Source of the DNA: Octopus sinensis
Taxonomy: Eukaryota
Assembly (NCBI RefSeq): GCF_006345805.1
Contig: NC_043014.1
Coordinates: 29,140,001 to 29,204,000, forward strand
Direction: 5' to 3'
DNA: 64,000 nucleotides
Shown here: piece by piece, positions 1-14,381 of the stretch
Layout: each line of letters begins with the position of its first letter
Numbering within the stretch: the first letter of the stretch is position 1
Translations under genes and position numbers: made by a program
Notes under the pieces: generated by a model
Database searches by the model: none
Seen by the model: only the letters and a program-made list of their open reading frames with translations
Told to the model about the DNA's origin: nothing

Positions 1-45
<45 letters not shown>

Positions 46-194
46 ATATATATTATATATAGCATATATATATACATATGTAATGCATATATATATAGTG
101 TGTGTGTGTGTATGTGTGTGCCTTGTGTATGTGTGTGTGTGTTGATGCAAACGGGAAAAATAGAACTCAAAAATGAGTATATGTACATTTTTAG

Positions 195-338
195 TAATAT
201 TTAGCAGAAGCAACAGAGTGACAAGAGGACCGAGAGTTGCGTGCGTTGGCACTTATCAAGTCCCAAAACATGAAGCTCAAGTGCCAACGCACGAAACTCT
301 CGTTCCTTTTGTCACTCTGTTGCTTCTGCTAAATATTA
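195..338. repeat. 60-bp inverted repeat (foldback), Penelope-like terminal-repeat type
   Basis: Arms 195-254 and 279-338 are reverse complements with 3 mismatches; 24-nt spacer; contains a small stem GTGC-CAAC-GCAC followed by GAAAC. Confidence 0.75.
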
Positions 339-411
339 ATATCAATGAATATGTGTGTGCGTGTCTATATATATATATATATACATAGGCGTATGCATAC
401 ACACACACACT

Positions 412-509
<98 letters not shown>

Positions 510-512
510 CAT

Positions 513-678
513 ATATCCGACAGGTTTTCACTCAGTTTTACCGTCTAAGTACCGTCTAAGTACCGTCGGCCTGACGCTATTAGTAGAACAGACAGGTCCA
601 AGGTGCCATGCAGTGGATTTGACCCGAATCCAAGTGGTTGCCAAGAAATCTTATTAATATCATAACCATGCCTGCACG
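513..678 (-). mobile_element. SINE family A, degenerate 5' half
   Basis: Reverse complement resembles the head of the young copy at 2677-3050 (CCAAGGTGCCATGCAGTGG, AGTAGAA). Confidence 0.65.
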
Positions 679-1059
679 TAAGCTACTACGTTCGTGTATG
701 AATATACTGTACACAGGTTGTTGATATAATTCTTTCCAGTTTTATTGTGAGTTCAACAAGGTAGTAATTTAGCAATAATAGTTACTGCCCCGCTTATTGC
801 CCTTAAAGTTCTTGCAAGTACCTGGTAATTAATAATCCTTAATATTGTCACTGGAAGCATAACAAATGCTTCCATTATTAGGAATATTTCAAAGGGAATA
901 TTCTGAGGAAATTGTTGGTGCTTCTGCTTATTTTGTCCCAAGAACTGCTGTCATTTCTTTTACAAAACTGTAGTGGTTCCTAAGTTGCAGAAAAACACCA
1001 AAATACAAGAATATATCCCATGTCACTGAAAATATCTGAAATTCTGATAACAGCTGGTC

Positions 1060-1521
1060 CAGTGATTCCCAACGAGGGGCATACGTCCCATGGTGGTGGC
1101 TGGGAAAATCGTGGTGTGACATGGGATCCCAAAGTTTTTGGGTTTTTTTTTAGTTTTAGTTTTATTTGGTTGAGTGTGGTTTTAGTACTGTTGACGATTT
1201 GCTTCTGGCCAAGAGAAATGGTGATTTATAGCTAAAGCTAATAAAATTGTCTCCTCGAATTAAAGAAATCTGCCATAGTCACCAGGCACAAGGTTTACAT
1301 TAAAGTGATTCACAGTTTTTTTGTTTTTATTTCTTAGTTAATAACGTACTTTTTTTCTTGTACTCAGTACTTGATAAAAGAGTTACCGGCAGATTCGTTT
1401 ATATTAAATAATTGTGATGAAATATCAAAAATAAAGTTGTTTTTTCCCAACCACTAGAGGGGCTTACATTTTTCCGAAAAGTTATAGTGGGTACTGGGGG
1501 AAAGATAACTGGGAAACATTG
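1060..1521. mobile_element. hAT (Charlie-like) non-autonomous MITE
   Basis: Termini CAGTGATTCCCAAC ... ACTGGGAAACATTG match the CAGTGNTTCCCAA Charlie-type TIR; flanking 8-mers AGCTGGTC and AACTGGAC (6/8 identical) fit a decayed 8-bp TSD. Confidence 0.55.
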
Positions 1522-1689
1522 AACTGGACCTAGTAAAATTTTCAGCTGGCATAGAAATGAAATTTGGTAGAAATAAACGTTCGTATTTGCTATTTGGACG
1601 CGGTTAAGTGCTTCTCACATCAAAATCATTTACGTCGTCATCTCTGGATTTCTACAAATACTCAGATTTTGTATCATATACATTTCATT

Positions 1690-1975
1690 TTTGGATTCGG
1701 TTTGCAAGATTCTTTTTGTGAGTTCGTGTGTTGAACCATATTTTGTTGTGTCTGGGGAGAGTCACTTTCCTTTTGTGCCTTATAATTTAACACATTCACC
1801 GGTAAAATTTCTTATTTTTATTTCTTAAAACTTATTTCTTATCTTTATCTTCCTAAAATTTTCGTTGCGTCTTGCAACCTTAATAGTCTTGAAATAAGTG
1901 GAAATTTTACCGGTGAGTGTTTTAAATTATAAGGCACAAAAAGAAAATGACTCTCCCCAGACACAACAGAGTATC
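1690..1975. repeat. Foldback element with ~68-bp inverted arms, Penelope-like terminal-repeat type
   Basis: Arms 1744-1811 and 1901-1968 are near-perfect reverse complements; the minus strand of the spacer carries GTTGC-AAGAC-GCAAC-GAAA. Confidence 0.65.
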
Positions 1976-2004
1976 ATATACAGACAGTGTGGAAAACAAG
2001 GGAG

Positions 2005-3140
2005 TCGAAGCAGGTGGGACTGCTGTAAGATTCTTGCTTCATAAACCACATGGTTCCGAGTTGAGTCACACTGTGTGGTACCGTGTGCAAGTGGCATTTA
2101 CTATACCCAAAGACACATGAGTGGAGTTGGCAGACGGTCGTATATATCTATGTGTGCGCGTGTGTGTATCTGTGTGTGCGTGTATCTATGTGTGGGCCTT
2201 TTTGTTTGCATGTGTCCCCAAATACTGCTTCACAACCGGAGCCGGTTTGTTTACGTCCTCCTATACATAGCGGTTCGACGAAAAGTGATAGAGAGAAGGA
2301 GCAACAAGCTTTTAAGACAAAATAGGTACTGGGATCGATTTGTTCTATTAAACCCTTCTGAGCTGTACCCCAGCATGGGCGTGTTAAGAAGCTTGCTTCC
2401 CAACAACATGGTTCTGGTTTCAGTTTCACTGCGTGGAACCTTCAGCAAGTGTCTTCTACTATAGCCTTAGGCCGACCAAAGCCTTATGAGTGGTTTAACA
2501 GTTGGAAACTGAAAGAAGCCTTTCATGTGTATATGTGTGTGCGTGTATGTGTCTTTGTGTCTGTGTTTGTTGCCCAAAGTGGTATTGATGTGTTTACGTT
2601 CCCGTAACTTAGCGGTTCGCCGAAAGACACCGAGAGAATAAGTACCAGGTTTAGAATAATAATTTTTCTTAAAGTAGGCGCAGGAGTGGCTGTGTGGTAA
2701 GTAGCTTGCTAACCAACCACATGGTTCCGGGTTCAGTCCCAATGCGTGGCATCTTGGGCAAGTGTCTTCCGCTATAGCCCCGGGCCGACCAATGCCTTGT
2801 GAGTGGATTTGGTAGACGGAAACTGAACGAAGCCTGTCGTATATATATATGTGTGTGGGTTTGTGTGTCTGTGTTTGTCCCCCTGGTGTGTTTACGTCCC
2901 GTTACTTAGCGGTTCGGCAAAAGAGACCGATAGAATAAGTACTGGGCTTACAACGAATAAGTCCCGGGGTTGATCTGATCGACTAAAGGCGGTGCTCCAG
3001 CATGGCCGCAGTCAAATGACTGAAACAAGTAAAGAGTAAAGAGAAAGAGAGTACTAGGATCGATTCATTCGGACTACAAATTCTTCAAGGCGGTGCCCCA
3101 GTATGGCCGAAGTCTAACGACTGAAACAAGTAAGAAAAAA
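2005..3140 (+). mobile_element. Cluster of three SINE-A copies; young copy 2677-3050 nested inside an older copy (2378-2670 plus 3051-3140)
   Basis: Young copy has head GGCGCAGGAGTGGCTGTGTGG (A-box-like), GGTTCAGTCCC (B-box-like), CORE-like CTTGGGCAAGTGTCTT, internal TA/TG microsatellite and tail CAGTCAAATGACTGAAACAAGTAAAGAG. The host copy resumes after the insertion. Confidence 0.85.
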
Positions 3141-3694
3141 AAAGAAATAAAAAATATTTATAGAAAACTTTAAAGTAGTCGTTTTTATTCCTTTTACAAG
3201 ACAATATTCCACAATGCATTTGCACTGGTACAATATTTCGGGTGGTTGATTGGTTTAGAGAGGATATCTGCTTTATCGATAACAATTTTCAATGATTTTG
3301 TGAAGCGTGTGTGTGTGGTGTGTGTGTGGTGTGTGTGTGTGTGTGGTGGTGTTCGAAATAAAAATGATCATACAATGCTGCTTGTGGTGGTGATGATTGT
3401 GATGATGGTGATTATGGTGATGATATTTATGGTAGTAATTATAAACCACCACAGTGACGACACGGGACGACGTGGACAACGACGTCGGTGATAATGACAA
3501 CGACAACGATGATGACGATGATGATGTTGACGACGACGACGATGACGACGACGATGATGATGATGATGACAACGTCGGCGATGGTAGAAAAAAATTAGTT
3601 AAATGTAGAGCGAAAGAGAGGGTGAGAGAGAGTGAGAGCGAAAGGGTGAAAGAGAGAGAGAAAGCAAAGGGGTGTGAGAGAGAGAGAGAGAGAA

Positions 3695-3725
<31 letters not shown>

Positions 3726-4176
3726 GGTGTGTTTGTGTGTGTGTGTATGTGTGTGTGATATCAACTGTAAGCGAGTGAGATAGATATAATGTATAAGAGA
3801 TGATAGTGGGAGAATCATGCTGGAAGAAGAAGAAGAAGGAGGAGGAGGAGGAGGGGAGACGGGGTATTGGAAGGAGGCTGAAGAGGAAGTAGAAAGGGAG
3901 GAAGTATGAGAGATGAAGAAAAGTGAATTGAAATGAAATAGAGGGGGGAAACAGAAACGTAACAACTGTGAAGAAGGGGGAAAATGAGTTACAACCAGAA
4001 AGAGAGAGGGGGAGAGAGAGGGAGACAGAGGGAATGAGAGAGAGAGTAAGGGCTAGGGAGTGGGTGGGAGGGAGAGAGACAAAGAGAGTGTGACAGAGAG
4101 AAAGAAACACAGAGAGATAGATAGAAATGGAGTATGTAACAGAGAGAGAGAGGCGTAGACTATCTTACTGTGACTG

Positions 4177-4219
<43 letters not shown>

Positions 4220-4344
4220 TGGTGATTGTGATATGGAGGGATAGAAAGAGAAAGTGTGTTACTGGGTGAAAGGGAGAGAAATGACTGCGTGTGTGTATGT
4301 GTGTTAAGACAGAGAAACATAGTCTGTGACTGTACGAGAGAGAG

Positions 4345-4376
<32 letters not shown>

Positions 4377-4551
4377 GTCAGAGTATGACTGTAAAAGAGA
4401 GGGAATGAGGGAAAGAAATAAAGTGTATCATTATGAGAGGGGGAAATATAGGTGGAGAAAGAGAAGGTGAAAAACGAGAAAAAGATTGAGAGGAAAAGAG
4501 GAAACAGAGAAATACAGAGATGTAAGAGAGAGAGGGGAGGAATAGTGTGTG

Positions 4552-4585
<34 letters not shown>

Positions 4586-4958
4586 AGTGTGTGCGCGAGA
4601 GAGAGAGAGGGGGAGAGATGTGTGTCTTTGTGAGTGTGTGAGTGAGAGAGAGAGAGATGTGTGCGTGCGTGTGTGTGTGTGATAGAGAGTGATGTCTGTG
4701 CGTCTGTGTGTGTGAGAGAGAGAGAAAGAGAGGTGTGTGAGAGAGAGAGAGAGAGAAAGAGAAATGCGTGTGTGTGTGCGTGTGAGAGTGAGAGAGAGAG
4801 AGGAAGAGAAATGTGTGTGTGTGTGTGTAAGAGAGAGAGAGGGGGGGGGAGAAAGAGTAAAAGAGAAACAAAGCGTGAGATTCTATTGGAAAGAGGTCTG
4901 AGAGAAAAAAATGTAGGGAAATGAATAGCAGGCAATAAATGAAGAAAAGAAAGAACGA

Positions 4959-5002
<44 letters not shown>

Positions 5003-5039
5003 AGGAAAGGCAATAAAGAAAGGAAAGGCAATAAAGAAA

Positions 5040-5100
<61 letters not shown>

Positions 5101-5345
5101 GAAAGAAAGAAGGAAGGAAAGAAATTAACGAAGGAAAAGAAAATAAAGTTGCTAAGAAAAAGTGTAATGAAAGTGCGTGGGGTGGGGAACAGAATAAAGA
5201 AAAAGAGTCATGTAATATAGTGGGTGAAAAAGAGAGCCAGACAGAAAGGTAATATTGCGAGAGAGAGGGTAAGAAAAACCATAGACTAGACTGAGGGAGG
5301 AGGAGAGAAGGATGTGATATAAGCACTGAGGGGGAAAGAGAGAGA

Positions 5346-5740
5346 TGCGCAGGCGTGGTGGTGTGGTTAGAAGTTTGCTTCCCAACCGCATGGTTTCAGG
5401 TTCAGTCCCACTGCGTCGCACCTTAGGTAAGTGTCTTCTGCTATAGCTTCGGGCTGAGCAAAGCCTTGTGAGTGGATTAGGTAGACGAAACCTGCAAGAA
5501 GTCCGTCATGTGTGTGTGTGTGTGTCTAACCACTGCTTGACAACCGGTGTTCGTTTATTTACGCTTACCCATAACTTAGCAGTTCGGTATTAAAAAAAAA
5601 AAAGGACAGGTAGAATAAGTGCCAGACTTTAAAAAGGTAAAATAGATACAAAGGGTAATTTGTTCGACTAAACCTTTCAAGGCAATGCCCCAGTATGGCT
5701 GCAGTCCAATGACGGAAGCAAGCAGACGATAAATGATAAA
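5346..5740 (+). mobile_element. SINE family A, older copy
   Basis: Same head, core and tail order as 2677-3050. Confidence 0.85.
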
Positions 5741-6908
5741 AGATATATTATGGAAGGGTGAGTGGGAGTGAGTTATAAGGGGAAAGTGGGTAGAGGGAGA
5801 AAGGAAATGATATTGTGACAGAAAGTTAAGAGGGCAGACATTAAATGCAAAGAGGGTTAGCTTAGACAGAGGTAGAGAGAGAGAGAGGGATAGGGAGGAA
5901 GGGAAGAAAGAGAGAGAAAGGGAGAGAGAGAGAAATACCCACATTAGACATGCATAGGTATATGTGTGGTGTATTTATGTATATATTTATATGTATGTGT
6001 GTATGTATATATATATATATATATATAATATATGTGGATGTGTTAAAACAGAGATAGGAAGAGAGGTAGAGTAAGTGGATGAAAGAGAGAGATAGACAGA
6101 AAAAGAAAGAAAGGAAGAAAGAAAGAGAAAAGTAGAGTGAGAGAACTTAATATACAAGCAGGGAGGTAGGGAGGAAACTGATTGAGAGAAATAAATAGAT
6201 AGATCAAATAAGAGAGAATTGAAGGGGAAAGTGGCTGAAATACAGAAAAGAAATGGAGAAGGAAAAGAAGTAAAATATAAGGAGCGAAGAGAGAGTGATA
6301 GAAAGAAAGGGAACAACACAGAAAGAAGACGATTGAAAGAATGATTCAACTGACAAGGAGGGAAAATTATGCAAGGATAGAGGGCTGAAGGAGATTGATA
6401 GAGATAAAGAGAGAGGTAGGCAGCGAAAGAGAGAAGAAGAGAGAGGCAGTCAGAGTCAAGAGAGAGAAAGAATAGAAAATAGTGTGAACATAGAAGGGGA
6501 GGTAAATTCATTGAGTGACGTTTGATAGACTGAGAGAGAGAAAGAGAGTGAGGTAGAGAGAAAAAAAGAGAGAGAATGCGTGCGTGTGTTCGTGTGAAGA
6601 AAATCACAGAGGGCGAGTCAGAGGCGGGCGTGAAGCAGTGAGGGAGGGTGAAGAAGAGAATTGGGTAGTGAAGGCGATGGGTTTTGTAGACTGGGATGTA
6701 GAGATTATGTGAGAGAAAGATTAAAGAGTAGGAGAGAGGTTGTGTAATATGGTAAACTGAGAAAGAGTGAGAGAGGGGGGAAATAAAGAGAGAGAGAGAG
6801 AGGGGGTGTAGTGTAGACTAAGAAAGAGGTTCGATGAAATGAAATAGAGAGATAGACTAGAGTGAGAAGCAGGAGAGCAAAAGAGGTAATTGTGTAGAGA
6901 CGGCGACG

Positions 6909-7095
6909 GTGTTTAACCACAGGTCCAGCATTGATCAAGCGGAACTATGATCAAAATTGCTCTAGTTGTTTTACTATCCCGTCAGAGGCTATATTGCACA
7001 ATAACTATCCCTTCTTTTAAGACCAAGATGATTTGAGAGAAATTAAGCTGCTATTACTAACAGGTCGAGTGAATGTAAAAAGGTTCCCACGTTCA
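6909..7095 (+). repeat. Dispersed repeat family C (unclassified, ~190 bp); further copies at ~8480-8670, 8812-9240 (split by a MITE), 9500-9660, 14675-14830, 17470-17640, 17980-18175
   Basis: Shared degenerate motifs GTTGTTTAACCCCAG, GTTCCAGCCGTRACCATCCCGTC, GATTTGAGRGAAATTTRGCTGCTATTTCTAGCAGGT. Confidence 0.65.
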
Positions 7096-7111
7096 CTCAG
7101 AGAGAAGAAAT

Positions 7112-7150
<39 letters not shown>

Positions 7151-7720
7151 CTATATATAGAGAGAGACTTGAGAGAGAAAAGAGAATAGTGTATGTCGAG
7201 AAAGAGAAGTGGTAGACGGAGAAATGAGATCATATAGAGGTAATGTAACTGAGAGAAAGAGAGAGAGAGAGAGAGAAAGAGAGAGATGGGTGATATAGAG
7301 TAGACTGAGAGAGGGGTAAAATTATATAATGACAGATATAGGGTGGACTGAGGGGAATGGGAAGAGTTATGAAGAGAAAGAGAAACAGAGAGGGAGAAAG
7401 AAAAAAATCCTAGAGAATCAGTAACGTAGACTAAGTAAGAAAGAGTAGTAGTAATAAAAGAGAAAGAGAAAGGCAGAATAGATTGAGAGAGAGGAAATTA
7501 TATAATAGCGGGGAGATAGGGTAGACTAAAGAAGTGAGAAACAGAGTGATTAGGTGTGTGTGTGTGTGTGTGTGTGTCTGCGTGTGTGTGTGTGTGTGCG
7601 TGTGTGTGTGTATACATACAGAGAGAAAGAGAAAGAGGAGAGAGGGAAGGGTAGAGACATACACATATACACACAAAAGTCGACCGAAATCTCTCTCTCT
7701 CTCTCTCTCTGTATATACAT

Positions 7721-7751
<31 letters not shown>

Positions 7752-8940
7752 CACACATACATAAACATATAGTAAGAGAACGCAGAGAGGGAGGAAGAGA
7801 GAGAGGGGAAGATAGAATAGACAAAGAGTAACAAAAGATAGGGTGGAAGAGAGAGGGAGAAATTATATAGAAACAGAGAAGTGGTATAAAATCAGCAGAT
7901 AGAAGGGGAGTGAGAAGGAATGAGGGAGAGAAAGAGAGAGAGAGGAAGGGGAGGAAGTGAAAAAGGACAAGGAGGGGCAGAGTGAGGAGAGGAGGAGAAG
8001 TAATGTTTTAGAGACAGAGAAGGGAATAAGGCCAAGGAAAAGAAAGGAATAACACTAAGGACAAGGAAGCAGACAGACAGAAAGAGTGAGAGAAAGAGAG
8101 AGACAGACAGAGACAGACAAACAGACAGACAGAGATAGGCTGTTAAAATAGACCGAGAAGGACGAGAGAGACATAGAGACAGAGAGAGAGAGTAGAGTGA
8201 GGGTGGGAAAGAGAGGCATGTAGAGCAAGCTGTGAGAATGATAGAGAGAGAGAGAGAGAGAAAGAGATATGGAGAACAGAAAGTGTATGAGTGAGAGAGT
8301 AATAGCTTGAGCAGTAAATGAAGGGATATCGTAATGGAGGACATGAGTGAGTGAGTGAGTGAGTGAGTGAATGAGTGAGTGTAAGAGAAGTTATGTGAGT
8401 GAGTTGAGAGTGAGTAAGTGTGAGAATGGATGTGTGTGCGTGAGAGCGATAATCCGTCTAGATATGTCTGTACATAATGCTGTTTAGCCAGCGTTCCAAT
8501 CAGGACCATCCCGTCTTTTCAAGGTTTTTAAGAATAGGTTATCGAATGAGTCCTGTCCTATTTTTCTCAGCTTGATACGATTTGAGGGAAATCTAGCACT
8601 TATTTCCAGTGGATCGCGTGAAATCTGGCTGTTATTTCGAGCGGATCGGTTCCTCCGTTGGCTCGGTTGTTAGTATTGTGTCATTACATAACTGTGACTG
8701 TATGTCTGTGAGTGTGAGCGCGCGTGTGTACGCGTGTGTAATGTGCGCCTGCACGTTACTTTTATGTCTATATATTTTCATATTTTCGTGAAATACGTTC
8801 GCTATAATGCGTTGGTTTGTTGTTTAACCCCAGATCAGCCCTGATTCAGCATGAAGAAAAGTGTCACAGCCGTGAAGTATTCCGTCTTTTCGTATAACTA
8901 GTACATTGTGTAACGAAGCCTTCATTTTCTTATATATATA

Positions 8941-9145
8941 TACAAGGGGATACTCAAGAGTTTCTGGCTTTGGGTATAAGAAAGTACAGGAGGATCAGTT
9001 AATTATGATTTTTTCCAACATATTCCCCTCAGATTTCTCACACTTATTGCAGCGGTCCTTCAGTCTATCTAAGCCCTGTAAAAGAACTCGGAAGGCTGGG
9101 CCTCCATCCCTTAAAGCCAGGAACTTTTCAGCACCCGCTAGTGTA
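8941..9145 (-). mobile_element. mariner-derived MITE
   Basis: Inverted termini related to TACGAGGGGTGCTGAAAAGTTCCTGGCTTT, TA flanks; reverse-complement homolog of 18879-19110. Confidence 0.75.
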
Positions 9146-10702
9146 TATATATATAGTCAGGTACAATGTAAAAAGAGAGAATTCGGCTGCTATTTCTAGC
9201 AAGTCGAATGACCATTTAGATGCCCTCGCATGTTGGATCATGTTTAGTGTTGTGGGTCAGGAGAAAGATATGTGTCTGTGTGTCCGTGTGTGTGTTTGTG
9301 TGTACTATATGTCTGTTAATATCTCTATACGTGACAGTGTAAACTTACGAGTGGTTGTCCGTGTGTTTGAGTCGTGCAAAATATACCAGGGTGTGGCTGT
9401 AAAGCGTGCGTATGTGCATGCGCGCGCGCGTGGGTGCGTACGTGTAGTGTGCGTGTGTCTGAGTTGGGCTGGCGTAACAGGGTGTGTGAATATTGTTATT
9501 ATTGTAGTTTAAAGCTAACCGTGTAGATCCATAGTCAAACTTTCCAATCATGACCAACACACCTCTTCGTGCATTTAGGACTACATGGTATGTCCTTCAT
9601 TTTATAAGATAGCAGGATGCGACTTGACGGGATCGGACTGCTGTTTCTAGCAGGTTACGCATCTGTATTATTTGTGTCTCTTTATGTATGTATGTACGTA
9701 TGTATGCATGCATGTATGTATGTATATATGTATGTATACGTGTTTTACAGTGTTTGTGTGTGTGTGTCTGTGTGTGTGAGAGAGAGAGAGAGAGAGTCTA
9801 TGTAGGTAAAAAGGGCGTAGATGTGTATGTATTTATGTTTGTGTATGTGTAAGCAGCAACAGTGAGGGTATGCGCGTGTACACAGAAGTCCAGAGGAGTG
9901 TGTGTGCATGGATACGTCTGCTTAAGTGAATATGTATGCGTATATTACAGGACGTCTAATCTCTAAGCGTGTGTGTATACAGACACAGAGGACGTCTGTG
10001 CGGCAGGACATCCGTCTTGGAATATTGTTGGGTGGATACAGCAAGCAACTTGTGTGCATGCTTGTGTGTTTGAATGTGCATATAGACGTATAGATATGTG
10101 TGTGAGTATGTGTGTGTGTGTGTGGGGGTATTAGTATTTATATGCATATATGCAAATTTACATGTATATGCATATATAATGACGTGTGTGCGTGAATGTA
10201 TTTAGGACAGTGTTTGCCTGAGATTCACAACCAGTGAATGTGGGTGATTACAGGTTAGGCTTCTGCGAAGTTGTGTATGGGCGCGTGCGTATGTGTGTGT
10301 TGTGTGTGTGTGTGTGCATGTGTGTATGTGTGTATGTATGTGTGCGCGCGTTTGTGTGTCTATAACGATATGTACGTACGTGAGTGTAAGGGTTATGTGC
10401 ATTTGTATTTTACATATAGGAAGACATGAGCGTATCTGTGTCAAAGTATAAACGTGTGCGTGTGTGTATGTGTTAGTGTGTGTGTGTATGTGTGTGTGAG
10501 TAGCCGCGCGCTCGTCTGTGTGTGTGTTACTGTGTCTGTGTGTCTGAGTGTGGTAGGTGATGTAACTGTTGATATAAAGAAGGATGTAGGATATGGGAGG
10601 TGAGGTGTGAGGAATGTTTGTGCTGAAGTGGTCTACTTGAATGCTGTGTGCTGCGTCATGTATGAAGCTACGACACAACACGTACACACTGGCGTATATA
10701 TA

Positions 10703-10757
<55 letters not shown>

Positions 10758-10813
10758 CTCTGTGTGTATATTTGTATGTAAATATATGTATACACACACC
10801 CACACCACACACA

Positions 10814-10872
<59 letters not shown>

Positions 10873-10913
10873 ATATAGTATATAAATATATGTGTGTGTG
10901 TGTGTATATATAG

Positions 10914-10950
<37 letters not shown>

Positions 10951-10952
<2 letters not shown>

Positions 10953-11619
10953 TGAGAGAGAGAGAGAGAGAGCGGAAGAGAAAATATTTTATTAACATGG
11001 ACAAATATAAGTTTATATACACACTTATTAGTATGTATCTGCATACACAAAACATATATGTATGTATGTATGTATGCATGTATGTATGTATGTAGGTATG
11101 TGTGTATGTATATGTATATATATATATATATGTTATATATGTATATTTATAAATGCATGTATATGAATTTATATATGCATACATATATATACATGTGTGT
11201 ATACATATGTGTGTGTGTCCATGTATAAATAGAAACATTTATGTGCGTATATGTATGTATTATATATAAACACGTGCACATACACACCCATATGTATATA
11301 CATGTATGTGTACACAAACACACACACACACACACACACATTATATATATATATATAATATATATATATATATATACGCATGTACATATGAATGCATGCG
11401 TGTGTATATATGTGCGTGTATGCATATGTATATGTATATATGTATGTATATGAGAACCCGGATGAGCCTACGTGACAGCAAGAAACACAAATGGGGTCAG
11501 AGTGATATTAAACTCCTTCATTTACTAAACCACATAAGGAGCGCTATAGAAACAGAGGCAATATTAATGGCGTTGCTCCTGCTTGGCCGTAGCCAGTAGA
11601 CCGCAACAAGTTAAAAGAG

Positions 11620-11665
<46 letters not shown>

Positions 11666-11696
11666 ACTCCATATATGTATATGTATATGTATATAT

Positions 11697-11756
<60 letters not shown>

Positions 11757-12319
11757 TATATATGCATATATATATATACCTACATACACATCCCATATGT
11801 TAACATTGTATATACATATATCTGTTTGTATACTCCAGTCTTCATTGAGTAATTGTTTTTTTTCCTACATTTTAACAGAATATTCATTTGTTATATACAT
11901 GTTTGTATATATATGTTTATATATGTATATATACGTATATATATATATACATACTGAGAGAGAGAGAGAGAGAGCGGAAGAGAAAATATTTTATTAACAT
12001 GGACAAATATAAGTTTATATACACACTTATTAGTATGTATCTGCATACACAACATATATGTATGTCATGTATGTATGCATGTATGTATGTATGTAGGTAT
12101 GTGTGTATGTATATGTATTATATATATATATATGTATATATATGTATATTTATAAATGCATGTATATGAATTTATATATGCATACATATATATACATGTG
12201 GTATACATATGTGTGTGGTGTCATGTATAAATAGAAACATTTATGTGCGTATATGTATGTATTATATATAAACACGTGCACATACACACCCATATGTATA
12301 TACATGTATGTGTACACAA

Positions 12320-12378
<59 letters not shown>

Positions 12379-12623
12379 ATATACGCATGTACATATGATG
12401 CATTTGCGTGTGTATATATGTGCGTGTATGCATATGTATATGTATATATGTATGTATATGAGAACCCGGATGAGCCTACGTGACAGCAAGAAACACAAAT
12501 GGGGTCAGTGATATTAAACTCCTTCATTTACTAAACCACATAAGAGCGCTATAGAAACAGGCAATATTAATGGCGGTGCTCCTGCTTGGCCGTAGCCAGT
12601 AGACCGCAACAAGTTAAAAGAGT

Positions 12624-12665
<42 letters not shown>

Positions 12666-12678
12666 ACTCACATATATG

Positions 12679-12760
<82 letters not shown>

Positions 12761-12950
12761 TATATATGCATATTATAATATACCTACATACACATCCCAT
12801 ACATGTTAAACATTGTATATACATATATTGTTTGTTATACTCCAGTCTTCATTGAGTAATTGTTTTTTTCCTACATTTTAACAGAATATTCATTTGTTAT
12901 ATACATGTTTGTATATATATGTTTATATATGTATATATACGTATATATAT
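10951..12950. repeat. Tandem duplication, ~1.0-kb unit x2
   Basis: ACTG(AG)nCGGAAGAGAAAATATTTTTATTAACATGG at 10951 and 11953; internal unique blocks repeat at 11451/12459 and ~11835/12841. Confidence 0.9.
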
Positions 12951-13083
12951 ATATACATACATACATATATATATGTTTGTATATATATATATATATCTGT
13001 ACGTACGTATGTGTGTACATATATATGTAAGTATATATGTGGTTGCATGTACATATATTTATATCCATACATATATTACATAT

Positions 13084-13115
<32 letters not shown>

Positions 13116-13340
13116 ATAACATATATATACATATATATATATATGTATGTTTATATGTATATATGTCTGAGCATTTACGTTTTATTTTTATGTACATGCA
13201 CGTGTGGTGTGAGTGCATACTATATAATTAATACATATATACATACACACATATATATATGTATATACATATATATATACATAATTACATATATATATAT
13301 ATATATAATAGATATATATATATATATATATACATATATT

Positions 13341-13395
<55 letters not shown>

Positions 13396-13932
13396 GAGAG
13401 AGAGAGTGAGAGGCAAGAGAGAGAGAGGGAGAGAGAGAGATTGTATGCTGTGTTGTTAAGAAATTCGCTTAAACATCCACGTGGTTCCGGTTTCGATCCT
13501 ACTGCGTGCAGATTGGTAAAGTGTCTAAGGTTATATCACTGGCATCAACTTAAGTAAGCAGTATATAAACATAGTTGAAAGAAACTGTTAATTGATATAT
13601 TTCTAAATATATATACATACATATACATATATATGTATATATAATTTAAGTATATATATATATATATATATATATACATGCATACATATGTATATATATA
13701 TATATATATATATACATACACACACACACACATACACGCACATACATCTAAACATATATTGCCACTCACTATACCCACACGCACGCATTCCTTTATATTG
13801 CGAGATAAATATTATTTTCATCGTATACCAATAAATACATACTCATGCGTTTGTGTGTACGAATATGAATACGCTAGCGCGCGCACGCAGGCATGCGTAC
13901 ACACTTCATAAATAGATATACATATTATATAT

Positions 13933-13988
<56 letters not shown>

Positions 13989-14141
13989 ATATAATACACA
14001 CACACACACACACACGCATATATATATATATAAATACATACATATATTATATATATATATACTTACATACATACATACACACATACATTCATACATACAT
14101 ATACATGCGTATATATATATAAATATGAATATGTGTGCATA

Positions 14142-14247
<106 letters not shown>

Positions 14248-14381
14248 TGTATATACGCACACACATACACCCATAAACTCACACGACACAGAAGAAAGAG
14301 AACATATATATATATATATATACATACATATATATATACGTATATATATATATGTATATATATATAACAACACCAACAAAC

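Larger units (their letters stand above)
3300..8450. repeat. Large low-complexity block: (GA)n, (GAAA)n, (TG)n, (GAT/GAC)n, strongly purine-rich on +
   Basis: Directly visible; (GAAA)n at ~4950-5110. Confidence 0.9.
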
